This document shows positions 1 to 10,865 of a stretch of 64,000 bases of DNA, piece by piece (positions within the stretch are counted from its first letter, which is position 1; each line of letters begins with the position of its first letter). The notes beneath the pieces are model-generated. The model saw only the letters and a program-made list of their open reading frames with translations. It was not told where the DNA came from and did no database searches. The stretch is taken from NCBI GenBank assembly GCA_945872855.1, contig CAMCAW010000001.1, positions 70,213-134,212 of the forward strand. The letters are read 5' to 3'. Source of the stretch: Rickettsia typhi (GTDB lineage: Bacteria; Pseudomonadota; Alphaproteobacteria; Rickettsiales; UBA1997). A program made the translations under genes and the position numbers.

Positions 1-283
1 TGATTTTTCGGCCTTTCGCGATGCAGAATGTCAGTCTAAATCGCCTAAGAAAACGGTGAAAAAAATTATGGTGGAGAAGAGAGGGGAGGAGATAATTATT
101 GAGATTTCGGCGAAATCTTTTTTGCATCATATGGTGCGAAATATTGTAGGAACGCTGATGTGGGTTGGGTCGGGGAGGATTGCCGTTGATGATGTTTTGG
201 TGATTTTGGAGAGTCGAGATCGGAGGAATTCTGGGCCGAATGCGCCAGCTTGTGGACTTTATTTTTTGGGTGTGGATTATTAG
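1..283 (+). CDS. truA: tRNA pseudouridine synthase A, C-terminal part (5' end outside window)
   Basis: The reading frame is open to the window start. The C-terminal sequence HHMVRNIVGTLMWVGSG...PACGLYFLGVDY is TruA-like. Confidence 0.8.
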   Translation, partial: DFSAFRDAECQSKSPKKTVKKIMVEKRGEEIIIEISAKSFLHHMVRNIVGTLMWVGSGRIAVDDVLVILESRDRRNSGPNAPACGLYFLGVDY

Positions 284-344
284 TTTGGTATTGGGAGAAA
301 TATTCCTCTTCTTAAATGGCGGGGCAAAAATAAATTTTTTTAAC

Positions 345-1889
345 ATGAGTAAAGCATTTTTTTCGCTTGGTTGCGAGCATCTTTCTATTGGTAAATTGTT
401 TGGCATTTTAAATGGCGAATTATCGTTGAAATTCTCGAATGAGGCGGTGGCGAAGGTGCGAAAGTCTAAGGCTTGCGTCGATAAAGTTGTGCGTGATGAA
501 AGGGTGGTTTATGGCGTGAATACTGGGTTTGGGGTGTTGTGCGATAAAATAATTTCGGCGAATGATACTAGTGAATTGCAGGCGAATTTGTTGAAGAGTC
601 ACTCGGTTGGCGTGGGCGAGGCTATTCCGCACCTTGTGGCGAAGTTAATGTTAATTACGAAGGCGCATGCTTTGGCACAAGGTTTTTCGGGGGTTGCGGT
701 TGAAACTGTTGAGAGAATTTTGTGGCATATTGAACAAGATATAATTCCTGTAGTGCCGCAGAAGGGCTCGGTTGGCGCTTCGGGAGACTTGGCGCCGTTG
801 TCGCATTTATTTTTGCCGCTGATTGGGCTTGGCGAAATTATGGTGAAAGGTGAAAAATGGCAGACAGCAGATTTTTTTGCCAAGCAAGGGTTGAAGCCCT
901 TGGCTCTAGGGCCAAAGGAAGGGCTTGCGTTAATTAATGGCACGCAATTTATGGCGAGCTTTGGCGCTCTAGGGCTCTATCGTTTTCACCATTTGCTAGA
1001 GCAGGCCGATATTATTGCGGCAATAACTCTTGATGCAACCGAAAGCTCTACCAAGCCTTTCGATCCGCGGCTGCACGAGATTCGCCCATTCGCAGGAAAT
1101 AAATTGGTGGCGCAGAGAATGCTGGCGCTAATTGAGGGCTCGCAAATAAATTCGGCGCATCATAATTGTGCGCGAGTGCAAGATCCTTATTCGCTGCGCT
1201 GCATTCCGCAAATTCATGGCGCTTCTAGAAACGCATGGCTTCACGTGAAGGAAACTATAGAAATTGAATTAAATTCTGTTACCGATAATCCGATTGTTTT
1301 AAACGAAAATGAGATTATTAGCGGCGGCGGATTTCACGGTCAACCAATCGCGATGGCACTAGACTACGCAACGCTTGCCGCGGCAGAACTTGGCAATGTT
1401 GCAGATCGCAGATGTTACTTAATGTTGGAAGGAAAAAAATACGGTTTGCCAGCATTTTTATTAGAAGATGCGGGGCTAAATTCGGGCTTCATGATTCCGC
1501 AATACACTACAGCCGCGCTGGTTTCTGAGAATAAATCTTTATGCTTTCCTGCAAGTGCCGACAGCATTCCAACTTCTTTGGGGCAAGAAGATCACGTCTC
1601 GATGGGCTCTATTAGCGGCCGCAAGTTCAATATGGTGCTTGATAATTTAGAATATATTCAAGCCATAGAATTAATGTATGCGGCGCAAGCACTTGAATTT
1701 AAAAGGCCGCGGCGCTCATCTGCTATTATTGAAAAGGCGATGGATGAAGTTAGAAATTTAGTTGAGTTTAAAACTAAAGATACCGTTCTATATAATGGAA
1801 TCAATGCTTTGCATAGTTTAGTCATATCATTTAAGTTGCAAAAATTGGCCCAAGATTTAAATGAAAATTATTCTGATTTTGTTTTGTAG
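345..1889 (+). CDS. hutH: histidine ammonia-lyase
   Basis: Motifs NTGFG, GSVGASGDLAPLSH (Ala-Ser-Gly MIO triad) and GGGFHGQP. ATG 345 (MSKAFF) is preferred over track start 240, which overlaps truA. Confidence 0.93.
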   Translation: MSKAFFSLGCEHLSIGKLFGILNGELSLKFSNEAVAKVRKSKACVDKVVRDERVVYGVNTGFGVLCDKIISANDTSELQANLLKSHSVGVGEAIPHLVAKLMLITKAHALAQGFSGVAVETVERILWHIEQDIIPVVPQKGSVGASGDLAPLSHLFLPLIGLGEIMVKGEKWQTADFFAKQGLKPLALGPKEGLALINGTQFMASFGALGLYRFHHLLEQADIIAAITLDATESSTKPFDPRLHEIRPFAGNKLVAQRMLALIEGSQINSAHHNCARVQDPYSLRCIPQIHGASRNAWLHVKETIEIELNSVTDNPIVLNENEIISGGGFHGQPIAMALDYATLAAAELGNVADRRCYLMLEGKKYGLPAFLLEDAGLNSGFMIPQYTTAALVSENKSLCFPASADSIPTSLGQEDHVSMGSISGRKFNMVLDNLEYIQAIELMYAAQALEFKRPRRSSAIIEKAMDEVRNLVEFKTKDTVLYNGINALHSLVISFKLQKLAQDLNENYSDFVL

Positions 1890-1987
1890 GGCTTTGTTGC
1901 TATTTAAGATTAAGATCTGTGAATTCTAGGTGTTAAAACGATACTTAAGGCTAGAGTGTCGAAGGCGATTGTTAAGTAAAAATTATT

Positions 1988-3340
1988 ATGAAAATCGAAT
2001 TTAGTAATTTACAAGAGAGAGATGTTTTTAGAAAATTTGCAGAAATAATTTCTGCACATGCCGTTCCTAATACCGTTGATCAAAAGTCACAATATCCAAT
2101 TTTGTATATCAATAGCGATCAATCTATATCGCTTTTTTCGGATAGAGACGAAGATAAAATTTTTTTTGAAGGGAGCGACTTTGGCGTTATAGCGGAAAAA
2201 ATTAAGCGGCATCAAGATTTTAATTCGATAGAATTTGATAAAGAATTTCTTCTTCTAAGTAATCATACTGACGGACTTAAAGAGTATAGGTTTTGCGTGA
2301 AGCTAGAAGATATGGATGCGATATTACGAAATGATGATTTATATAATGGTTACAAGGCCAATGGTAGTATTATGAGGTTGGCTGGTGATTTTGTTTTAAA
2401 AAAAGACAGAATTAGATTGTTTCCGGTCAATATTTTAAAAGATAAGCAATCGGATAATGAAATTTTATTTATTGCAGCGATAGGTTGCCAAATCACCGAA
2501 ATGCCATCTATCCAGATGATTAGATTAATGCCAGATTTTAGCAAGAAAATGAAAGTGTTTCATCGTGTCCCAGAAGCTCTTATTTCAAAAGGCATTGATG
2601 CTAGTGTTATAACCGAGGCTATTCGTGCCATATTGCTTGATGCGGGTATGGCAGAAGGTATGGAAGTAAAAGATTTCTTTCGTTATACGCAGGGGGGGGA
2701 GGTGTTATTTGCAAATATTCCACTTCCGCAATCTTTTTGCTATCTAGAAGAAATTAGTGATGACGATATGGCGTTTTATTCTACTTACTCAAATCTTTCT
2801 AAGGCGGAAATGTTGGAAAGTAATTGCAAGCATCTTGAGGTCAATACATTGGCTTTTTTAAAGCAGATTGGTAAAATTATTTTTGATGATTTTGTTAAAA
2901 GTGCGAATGAATTTATAGTTAACAAAGGGGTTATAAATAAAGTGTTAGCGAATGGTTCTGTTTATACAATTAAGTTAGAAATTTCTGATATTGAGAATGC
3001 GAATAAATTGCAGGAAACGATTTTGATTATTGAAAAAATGATAAAAAAGGTAAATGATCATTCTTGTCAAGATGATGTAAAAGATAAAGATTTTATATTT
3101 TTTTCAAAAGAAGTTGAGTTGATTCAAAAAAAAGCTGATGAAATGCAAAAAATATACGAGTTGATGGAGGAAGGCAGAGTCTGTGCCGCATCTGACGCTA
3201 GTTCTGATTATAAAGATGATGAAGAGGCGGCCTTTTTTGTATCTAAGTCTAACGCAACTACTCCTCCATTAGCTAAAGTTAAAAAAGCTACGAAAGAAAA
3301 GTTAGCGAGTGAAGAAAAGTCAAGATGCTCTATCTCGTAA
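1988..3340 (+). CDS. hypothetical protein (450 aa ORFan between hutH and hutU)
   Basis: Long uninterrupted ORF co-directional with the hut genes. No motif recognised. It is AT-richer than its neighbours (the first 60 nt contain 14 G+C). Confidence 0.7.
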   Translation: MKIEFSNLQERDVFRKFAEIISAHAVPNTVDQKSQYPILYINSDQSISLFSDRDEDKIFFEGSDFGVIAEKIKRHQDFNSIEFDKEFLLLSNHTDGLKEYRFCVKLEDMDAILRNDDLYNGYKANGSIMRLAGDFVLKKDRIRLFPVNILKDKQSDNEILFIAAIGCQITEMPSIQMIRLMPDFSKKMKVFHRVPEALISKGIDASVITEAIRAILLDAGMAEGMEVKDFFRYTQGGEVLFANIPLPQSFCYLEEISDDDMAFYSTYSNLSKAEMLESNCKHLEVNTLAFLKQIGKIIFDDFVKSANEFIVNKGVINKVLANGSVYTIKLEISDIENANKLQETILIIEKMIKKVNDHSCQDDVKDKDFIFFSKEVELIQKKADEMQKIYELMEEGRVCAASDASSDYKDDEEAAFFVSKSNATTPPLAKVKKATKEKLASEEKSRCSIS

Positions 3341-3365
3341 ATATAAAAATAAAATTAAATCACTT

Positions 3366-5036
3366 ATGAACTACGAAAATTTTATAAAAAAATATGCCGC
3401 ACACCCTAATTATAAGGCTCCGCACGGCAGCGAGCTAAACGCAAAATCTTGGGCAACAGAAGCTCCGCTTCGAATGTTGCTTAATAATCTTGATGCTGAA
3501 GTTGCAGAAAATCCGGCTGGATTAGTGGTTTATGGCGGCAATGGGCAAGCGGCTCGCAACCTTGAATCTCTGCATAAAATTATCGAAATTTTGTTGCAGC
3601 TTGAAAGCGATCAATCGCTTTTGGTGCAGTCTGGCAAGCCAGTTGGAATTGTGCGCACTCACGATCAAGCGCCGCGAGTTTTAATCGCCAATAGCAACCT
3701 CGTGCCACAATGGGCAACGCTCGAGCATTTTAACATGCTAAAAGATAAAGGCCTGATGATGTATGGCCAAATGACGGCGGGAAGCTGGATTTATATAGGC
3801 TCGCAAGGAATATTGCAAGGCACCTACGAAACCTTTGCCGCATGCGGACGCAAGCATTTTGGCGGAAGTTTAAAAGGCAGGTTAGTTGTGTCTGGCGGGC
3901 TTGGCGGAATGGGCGGAGCGCAACCACTAGCCGCAACTTTAGCTGGTGCAACTTTTCTTGGTATTGATATAAATCCTGCTTCGGTGCAAAAGCGCCTCGA
4001 TACTCGCTATGTCGATAAAATGACTTACTCTTACGAAGAGGCGGTTAAATGGGCGCTTGAGGCAAAAGAAAAAGGCGAGGCGATTTCAATTGGCTTGGTT
4101 GGCGACGCGGGAACAGTGTTAGAGCGCCTTCTCAAAGATAATATAATTCCCGATATTTTAACCGATCAAACTTCTGCGCACGACCCTATCAACGGCTATG
4201 TGCCGCACAATATCAGTTTGCAAGAATCGCTAAAATTGCGAGAAGAAAATTCTGCAAAGCATAAAGAAATGTCGATCGCAAGCATGGCGCGCCATGTTAA
4301 ATTCATGCTTGAAATGCAAAAAAGGGGCGCAAAAACTTTTGATTATGGCAATAATATTCGTGAATTTGCAAAAATTGGCGGTGTTGCAAACGCCTATGAT
4401 TTTAGCGGCTTCGTGCCAGAATATATTCGTGATTTATTCTGCGAAGGCTTAGGGCCATTTAGATGGGTTGCACTTTCTGGCGACCCGCAAGATATTTATA
4501 CAACCGATGAAGCCTTGATAGAAGCCTTTGCAGACAATAAACATTTATGCAATTGGCTAAAAAATGCTCGCGATAAAATTGCCTTTCAAGGCTTGCCAGC
4601 GCGAATTTGCTGGCTTGGCATGGGCGATCGCGAAAAAGCGGGCTTAATTTTTAACGATTTAGTTGCAAAAGGAAAAGTTAAAGCGCCAATTGTTATTGGG
4701 CGCGACCACTTAGATTGCGGTTCGGTGGCTTCTCCAAATCGTGAAACAGAAAAAATGAAAGATGGTTCTGATGCGGTTTCTGATTGGGCGCTTTTGAATT
4801 TGCTTTCTAACACTGCTGGGGGTGCTACTTGGGTGTCGTTTCATCATGGCGGCGGCGTTGGCATTGGATATTCGCAGCATGCAGGAATGGTTGTGGTGGC
4901 AGATGGCACTAAGCGCGCAGAGGATTGCTTGCGTAGAGTTTTGCATAATGATCCGGCGATGGGCGTGTTTCGCCATAAGGATGCGGGGTATGAGATTGCG
5001 CAGAATTGTGCGGATAAGTTTAATTTGAATTTGTAG
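3366..5036 (+). CDS. hutU: urocanate hydratase
   Basis: Motifs [31 protein letters not shown] and [14 protein letters not shown] 3366 (MNYENF) is preferred over track start 3309, which overlaps the upstream ORF. Confidence 0.93.
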   Translation: MNYENFIKKYAAHPNYKAPHGSELNAKSWATEAPLRMLLNNLDAEVAENPAGLVVYGGNGQAARNLESLHKIIEILLQLESDQSLLVQSGKPVGIVRTHDQAPRVLIANSNLVPQWATLEHFNMLKDKGLMMYGQMTAGSWIYIGSQGILQGTYETFAACGRKHFGGSLKGRLVVSGGLGGMGGAQPLAATLAGATFLGIDINPASVQKRLDTRYVDKMTYSYEEAVKWALEAKEKGEAISIGLVGDAGTVLERLLKDNIIPDILTDQTSAHDPINGYVPHNISLQESLKLREENSAKHKEMSIASMARHVKFMLEMQKRGAKTFDYGNNIREFAKIGGVANAYDFSGFVPEYIRDLFCEGLGPFRWVALSGDPQDIYTTDEALIEAFADNKHLCNWLKNARDKIAFQGLPARICWLGMGDREKAGLIFNDLVAKGKVKAPIVIGRDHLDCGSVASPNRETEKMKDGSDAVSDWALLNLLSNTAGGATWVSFHHGGGVGIGYSQHAGMVVVADGTKRAEDCLRRVLHNDPAMGVFRHKDAGYEIAQNCADKFNLNL

Positions 5037-5042
5037 ATAAAT

Positions 5043-5447
5043 ATGGACGAGGAACAGGAAAAAAGAAGATTGGCTCAACATTATGTTGAGTCAGAAAAGA
5101 ATGAGTGCGAAACTTATATTGAATCTTTTCTTAAGGACGAGAACCGTTCTTTCATCGGCTATGGCGAATTAGAAGATTTGCGCAAAGAAATAATAAATAT
5201 CAAGAATGAGTTTTTTTCAGTTCATAAGGATCGAGGATTTTTTACATTGCCAGAATGCGATAAAAATAAAATCATCGATGCAATTAAGGAATTTTCTTTA
5301 AAATCATCTTTGTTATATTCTGCTGTAAAAGATAATGGCACTACGGAAGGAGCTCTACAAAAGAGCAAGGATGATGTAAGGCAATCCATGGATAATTTAT
5401 CTAAATTTATTCCTGATAAAAAAGCGATATCTGGCGATTCAAAATAA
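5043..5447 (+). CDS. hypothetical protein (134 aa ORFan between hutU and hutI)
   Basis: ORF with 6-nt spacers to both the hutU stop and the hutI start. Hydrophilic, with no motif recognised. Confidence 0.6.
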   Translation: MDEEQEKRRLAQHYVESEKNECETYIESFLKDENRSFIGYGELEDLRKEIINIKNEFFSVHKDRGFFTLPECDKNKIIDAIKEFSLKSSLLYSAVKDNGTTEGALQKSKDDVRQSMDNLSKFIPDKKAISGDSK

Positions 5448-5453
5448 AAATAA

Positions 5454-6737
5454 ATGAAAATCATTGGTCCATTTTCACAATTATTAACAATGCGAAGCCT
5501 TGATTTACAAGGCCCCTTGCAAGATGATCAACTTGAAATTTTAACAAATTCTGCCATCGCAATTGAAGGTGATAAAATTTTTGATATTGGAAATTTTGAC
5601 GATTTACGCAAAAAATATCCGCAAGCAGAAATTGAGGAAATCACCTCCCCAGCCGTTGCGCTACCCGGATTTATCGATGCGCATACCCACATTTGTTTTG
5701 CAGGAGATCGCGCCAACGATTACGCCCTGCGCAGCTCGGGCAAGTCATATTTAGAAATTGCGCAAAGTGGCGGTGGAATTTGGAGCACGGTGCAAAAAAC
5801 TCGCGAAGCTTCATTAGAGACTTTGGTAGAACTTACGGCCGCAAGGGCTAATCGCCATTTGCTTGATGGCATCACAACAATTGAAGTAAAAAGTGGCTAT
5901 GGTTTAAGTGTTGCAGAAGAGTTGAAAATGCTGCGCGCAATTAAGTTAGCGCAAGAAAATCTAAGTGATTTTTCTGCAAATAATGCGCAAAAAAATCATC
6001 TAAAATTACAAAAATGCAAAGCAGATTTAATTTCAACTTGCCTTGCTGCGCACATGAAACCAAAGGATTTCACAGGCTCTGCGGCAGAATATTTACAGCA
6101 AATTTCGCAAGAATTATTTCCAATTTTGCGCGCAGAAAATCTTGCAAATCGCATCGATATTTTTATTGAAAAAACTGCGTTTTCTATAGATGAAGCTAGG
6201 CAATATCTAGCTGCGGCGCGTGCAATGAATTTTGATATTACGATTCACGCCGATCAATTTTCTGTTGGCGGATCGGCCTTGGCTGTAGAATTTGCGGCGC
6301 TCTCTGCCGATCATTTAGAAATGTCGTCGCAGCAAGAAATAGAATTAATTGCCGCTTCAAACGTTGTGGCTGTAGCGCTTCCCGGCTCATCTTATGGTCT
6401 TGGAATTTATAATATGACGCCAGCGCGCAAGCTGCTTGATGCTGGCGCAATTGTCGCAATTGCCTCCGATTGGAACCCCGGTTCTGCGCCCATGGGAGAC
6501 CTGCTCGCGCAAGCCGCAATGTTTGGAATTTATGAAAAACTTTCAGCGGCAGAAGTTTTTGCGGCATTAACATTTCGCGCCGCCAAGGCTTTAAAATTAA
6601 GCGATCGCGGCGTTATTGAAAAAGGAATGTTGGCCGATTTTCAATTATATCCGCTCGATAATTATAAGAAAATTTTATATAACCAAGGCAAAATAAAGCC
6701 GTTTGCGGTTTATAAAAGCGGCGTAAGATTTAGCTAA
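5454..6737 (+). CDS. hutI: imidazolonepropionase
   Basis: Amidohydrolase motifs GFIDAHTHICFAGDR, ITIHADQ and ASDWNPGS. Confidence 0.9.
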   Translation: MKIIGPFSQLLTMRSLDLQGPLQDDQLEILTNSAIAIEGDKIFDIGNFDDLRKKYPQAEIEEITSPAVALPGFIDAHTHICFAGDRANDYALRSSGKSYLEIAQSGGGIWSTVQKTREASLETLVELTAARANRHLLDGITTIEVKSGYGLSVAEELKMLRAIKLAQENLSDFSANNAQKNHLKLQKCKADLISTCLAAHMKPKDFTGSAAEYLQQISQELFPILRAENLANRIDIFIEKTAFSIDEARQYLAAARAMNFDITIHADQFSVGGSALAVEFAALSADHLEMSSQQEIELIAASNVVAVALPGSSYGLGIYNMTPARKLLDAGAIVAIASDWNPGSAPMGDLLAQAAMFGIYEKLSAAEVFAALTFRAAKALKLSDRGVIEKGMLADFQLYPLDNYKKILYNQGKIKPFAVYKSGVRFS

Positions 6738-6794
6738 ATGAGGAATAAAATTTCGAAGTTTTATAAAAATAATTCACTAAAATTAAAATAATTT

Positions 6795-7766
6795 ATGACT
6801 TACACAATAGCTTCTCCCATTAATGGTCGCATCGATGGAACCGCTGCCGACGTGCTTCGCTGGCATCAAGTGATAAAATCTATCGATCTCAATAATCACC
6901 AAATTTCGCTAGCACCAAATCATAAAGGTTTCGTGTTTTTGGGTTTTGCAACCGATGAAGGCGTGCGAAGAAACCAAGGCAGAGTAGGGGCCTCGGCGGG
7001 TCATCAATCGATCGCGCAAGTGATAGCAAATTTGCCAGTGCATTTTGATAATATCGAATTATTTCATGGCGGCGTTATTTTGTGCGAAGATGGAAATTTA
7101 GAAAAAGCGCAGGCGGAATTAGCTTTTTATGTAGAAAAAGTTTTGGCGGCTAGATGCACGCCAATCGTGCTTGGCGGCGGGCATGATGTAACTTATGGTC
7201 ATTATTCTGGATTACATAATTTTGTTACAAAAAATTCTAAAACATCTGCAAAAATAGGAATTATAAATGTTGATGCGCATTTCGATTTGCGCCCAATTGA
7301 CAAAAATATTGGCGCAACTTCTGGCACTAGCATTTGGCAAATTGCAACAGAGGCAAAAAAAAGCGGCCAGCCATTCAACTGCTTGGCTCTAGGTATTCAG
7401 AAATATGGCAATACTAAATTATTGTTTGATGAAGCAGAAAAATTCGGCGTAGAATATATTTTGGGCGATCAATTTCATTATGATGAAAAGCAAAATATCG
7501 CTAATAAAATCAGCAAATTTATAGATTCAGTCGATCACGTTTATCTTACAATCTGCATGGATGCATTTGCGGCCGCATATGCTCCCGGAGTTAGTGCCAC
7601 TTCATATAACGGCATTGCGCCTGATCATATTTTTATGACAGCCTTCGATCAAATTACAAAATCGAAAAAATTTATTGGCCTTGATTTTGCAGAGTTAAAT
7701 CCAAAATTCGATGTTGATTTGCGCACGGCGAAGCTTGCAGCGAGTATGATTTTTAGACTTTGCTAG
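6795..7766 (+). CDS. hutG: formimidoylglutamase (arginase fold)
   Basis: Motifs [18 protein letters not shown] and [16 protein letters not shown]. It is the last gene of the hut cluster. Confidence 0.85.
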   Translation: MTYTIASPINGRIDGTAADVLRWHQVIKSIDLNNHQISLAPNHKGFVFLGFATDEGVRRNQGRVGASAGHQSIAQVIANLPVHFDNIELFHGGVILCEDGNLEKAQAELAFYVEKVLAARCTPIVLGGGHDVTYGHYSGLHNFVTKNSKTSAKIGIINVDAHFDLRPIDKNIGATSGTSIWQIATEAKKSGQPFNCLALGIQKYGNTKLLFDEAEKFGVEYILGDQFHYDEKQNIANKISKFIDSVDHVYLTICMDAFAAAYAPGVSATSYNGIAPDHIFMTAFDQITKSKKFIGLDFAELNPKFDVDLRTAKLAASMIFRLC

Positions 7767-8088
7767 AAAAAATTTTATTAAAGAAGCAATTTTTCTTCCC
7801 CGTATGGCACGCGGGCCCTTGTTGCTTAACCTTCAACAGCAAGCAGTCGAAATCGCAATCTGCAATAATTTCTACCACTTCTTGCAAATGTCCAGAGGTT
7901 TCGCCTTTCTTCCACAAGGCTTTGCGCGAGCGCGAGAAATAAGTAGCGAAGCCAGTTTGTAAAGTTAATTCAAGACTTTCTAGATTCATCCAAGCTTGCA
8001 TCAAAATCTCGCCAGAGCTGTGATCTTGCGCAATTGCAGGAATGAGTCCTTGCTCATTAAACTTTAGATTTTTTAAAATTTGTGTCAT
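7753..8088 (-). CDS. hisI: phosphoribosyl-AMP cyclohydrolase (monofunctional)
   Basis: Motifs [36 protein letters not shown] and [10 protein letters not shown]. Confidence 0.88.
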   Translation of the reverse strand: MTQILKNLKFNEQGLIPAIAQDHSSGEILMQAWMNLESLELTLQTGFATYFSRSRKALWKKGETSGHLQEVVEIIADCDFDCLLLKVKQQGPACHTGKKNCFFNKIFSSKV

Positions 8089-8153
8089 AAAATATTAACA
8101 AGTTTGTTTATATTGTTTGTGGTTAGCCATGTTTGGCTAAGCAATAATCAATC

Positions 8154-9293
8154 ATGTTTAAATTCAATCATAATTTTGAGATGCCAAGATATACAATAGC
8201 AGATCCTTCTATTCATCCAGATATAGATCAATTAAGAAAAATAATTGCAACAGGCAATGTGCAGCAGTATGAGGGGAGCAAGTTTGCCAGTGTAAGGCAA
8301 AAGTTTAATGAATATTGGGATAATCTTAAGCAAAAAACTAGCGAAGATTTCAGCTGTCCTTGGCCAGATAAAAATTATAGTTTACTGCATTATGCTGCCG
8401 ATTTTCCTAATATTCTTATGTTTCATGCTGTTGCTAGAAAAGTTGGCTATAATTATTGCAATGTGCAAGCTGGCAGCGAAGACGAGGAAGGATTTACGCC
8501 AATTCATATCGCTATGAAGCGCGCTCATAATAACCATGAGAATAATGTCGTTATAATCCGCATGCTGCAAAAATCTGATCTTAAAATTGTTGATAAGAAT
8601 GGCGATACCTACCTTCACCATGCAATAATTAACGGGTGCGCTGATGAGATTGTCAAAAAAATTATTGAATTAAAGCCAGAACTTATTCATCAAACAAACA
8701 ACAAGCGCGAAACCCCTTTGGGGATATGCCTATCAAGCATTGATGCCATTATAGATTCTGAAAAGGAGGTCGTTAAAAACTCTGTCGACAGAGCGAAAGA
8801 AGAGCTTGCTGTTTTTGAGAGCGATAGCGGAATAAGAAAGGGTTATAAAAAAACCTTTGCTTCAAGTTATCAGGGATTTTTAAATTTGTTGCCTGCATTA
8901 GAGATTAGAGGGGAGGTTTGCACTGAACTAAAAGATGATTTTGATAAACTGAAGCAAATATTTGACGGGCCTGCTGATAAAGATTTTAAGCAAACATTTC
9001 GCGAGCTAGCTACGGTTTTAGCGAGTCACTATATTGAGAATATTCCAAGGTTTTTGCCGTATACAGAAAAAAGCTTAAAAAAGAGCGGCGATGAGATTAA
9101 AGGTTTCTATCGATCGCTTTCACTTGTATCTGCTGCAAGCTCTGCGACTATTTTAGTTAAAAATGGTGCGAAGACACTAAAATCGGAGACGTCAAATGCC
9201 AGAGAGGCGCCATGTGAAGCTGATTCAGTGCCCGCAAGTGCGGTTCAGAGACCTGAGGCAAGTTCTTTTTTTGAAAATCATCGTACAATTTAA
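8154..9293 (+). CDS. ankyrin-repeat protein
   Basis: Ankyrin-like units GFTPIHIAMK, GDTYLHHAIINGCADEIVKKIIE and RETPLGICL in the N-terminal half. The C-terminal half is unassigned. Confidence 0.8.
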   Translation: MFKFNHNFEMPRYTIADPSIHPDIDQLRKIIATGNVQQYEGSKFASVRQKFNEYWDNLKQKTSEDFSCPWPDKNYSLLHYAADFPNILMFHAVARKVGYNYCNVQAGSEDEEGFTPIHIAMKRAHNNHENNVVIIRMLQKSDLKIVDKNGDTYLHHAIINGCADEIVKKIIELKPELIHQTNNKRETPLGICLSSIDAIIDSEKEVVKNSVDRAKEELAVFESDSGIRKGYKKTFASSYQGFLNLLPALEIRGEVCTELKDDFDKLKQIFDGPADKDFKQTFRELATVLASHYIENIPRFLPYTEKSLKKSGDEIKGFYRSLSLVSAASSATILVKNGAKTLKSETSNAREAPCEADSVPASAVQRPEASSFFENHRTI

Positions 9294-9302
9294 AATATTT
9301 AT

Positions 9303-9728
9303 ATGTATCCAATTACCTGTACCAGAAGAGTTGAATTTGACGCCGCACATCGCATTCTAAATCATGAAAGCAAATGCAAAATGTTGCATGGTCATCGCTA
9401 TGCCCTAGAGGCAAGCTTTGTCGCTGACGATCTGGACGATTTAGGAAGAGTAATAGATTTTGGCGAAGTGAGGCAAATATTGGGCTCGTGGATTGATGAA
9501 AATTTTGATCATAACGCAATTTTATCGCAATATGATAAAAGTCTTGGTGAAAAAATTGCTGCAGAAACGGGGCAAAAAATTTTCTACCTCAACGAAAACC
9601 CTACAGCCGAGAATATCGCCAAGTTTTTGCTAAAAGAAATTTGTCCAAAATTATTTGCAGAAAAAAGTGTAAAATGCGTAGCGCTTAAGCTTTATGAAAC
9701 GCCAAATTGCTATGTTGAAGTAAAGTAG
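9303..9728 (+). CDS. queD: 6-carboxy-5,6,7,8-tetrahydropterin synthase
   Basis: Motifs CKMLHGHRY, FDHNAIL and ENPTAENIA. Length of 141 aa fits. Confidence 0.88.
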   Translation: MYPITCTRRVEFDAAHRILNHESKCKMLHGHRYALEASFVADDLDDLGRVIDFGEVRQILGSWIDENFDHNAILSQYDKSLGEKIAAETGQKIFYLNENPTAENIAKFLLKEICPKLFAEKSVKCVALKLYETPNCYVEVK

Positions 9729-9795
9729 TTTTGATGTTGATTATGTTAACGGGCTGTGGGTTTAGCTGAGTTTGCGAGCATCAATATAAATAATT

Positions 9796-10236
9796 ATGAA
9801 AAATTTAGAAAATAATCCAGATAAAAAACCCATGCCAAACTTCTTTGTCAAATACCGCGTCTACTACGAAGATACCGACGCTGGCGGCGTTATGTATTAT
9901 GCAAATTACCTCAAGTTTTTTGAACGCTCCCGCACCGATTTTTTACGCCACCTAGGAATTTCGCAACAAGAATTAATAGAGAAAGAGAAACTCGCATTTG
10001 TGGTAAGGCGTTGCGAGCTAGATTATCTAAGGCCAGCTAAGCTAGATGATTTTGTTGAAGTTACGGTTGTGGTAGAAAAAATCAACGCCGCTTCAATTAT
10101 TATGACACAAGAAATGCGTAAAGATGAAATGGTGATGGCCCGCTTGAGAGTAGAGATTGCGAGTGTTGATGTTAGTAGTTTTAAGCCGAAGAAAATTGCG
10201 GATCATCTAAGAATCTTGTTATCAAGGGCGGTTTAA
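9796..10236 (+). CDS. ybgC: acyl-CoA thioesterase, YbgC/4HBT family
   Basis: Hot-dog fold motif YYEDTDAGGVMYYANYLKFFERSRTDFLR. Confidence 0.8.
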   Translation: MKNLENNPDKKPMPNFFVKYRVYYEDTDAGGVMYYANYLKFFERSRTDFLRHLGISQQELIEKEKLAFVVRRCELDYLRPAKLDDFVEVTVVVEKINAASIIMTQEMRKDEMVMARLRVEIASVDVSSFKPKKIADHLRILLSRAV

Positions 10237-10245
10237 AGGCAAAAT

Positions 10246-10818
10246 CTAGCTCTCCTCGATCTCGTCATTTTCAATCCTTATAACCTCGGGAAGGCTGATT
10301 TTAATGGTTCCGCCGCGCACATCTATTTCGGGAAAAATTTCATTTTTAAACGGAAAATTCTCAACTTTTTCTAAATTTCTTTTTGGATCAGCTTCATTAA
10401 ATTGAATTTCTAACATAGTTCCGGCCCCAAAATCCATTACGTTGGCAACCTTGCCAATATTTTTTCTTGCCTCATCAATCACTGATAATCCTATTAAGTC
10501 AACCTGATAAAATTCGTCATTCGTGAGTTCTTTAAAGCCTTCGCGATCGGTGAAAAGCTCTGTCCCACGCAGCTTCTCAGCTTCGTTGCGATCGTCGAGA
10601 CCAGCAATTTTTGCAATTAGAATTACGCCATTGCCTCCATTTGAGCTGACGGAATTTTTATTTTTATTGCTAATTTTTAACTTTATAGAATTGCCATTTT
10701 TATCGAAAAGTGGATATTTTTCTATATCTGCTGGATGCTGGCAATAGCTGAGAACCTTGATTTCACCCCTGATTCCGAAGACTGAACTTATTTTGCCGAT
10801 GAGAATTTTTTTAGTCAT
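10246..10818 (-). CDS. rimM: ribosome maturation factor RimM
   Basis: N-terminal GKISSVFGIRGEIKV and a PRC-barrel-like C-terminus. Confidence 0.85.
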   Translation of the reverse strand: MTKKILIGKISSVFGIRGEIKVLSYCQHPADIEKYPLFDKNGNSIKLKISNKNKNSVSSNGGNGVILIAKIAGLDDRNEAEKLRGTELFTDREGFKELTNDEFYQVDLIGLSVIDEARKNIGKVANVMDFGAGTMLEIQFNEADPKRNLEKVENFPFKNEIFPEIDVRGGTIKISLPEVIRIENDEIEES

Positions 10819-10865
10819 TATTATTTAATTTTTAGCAAACGCATCGAATTATTATATTGGAATTT

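Noticed and set aside
420-943. Minus-strand ORFs 420-632 and 599-943 from the track.
   Set aside because: They lie entirely antisense within the well-supported hutH gene and have no motifs. They are typical shadow ORFs.
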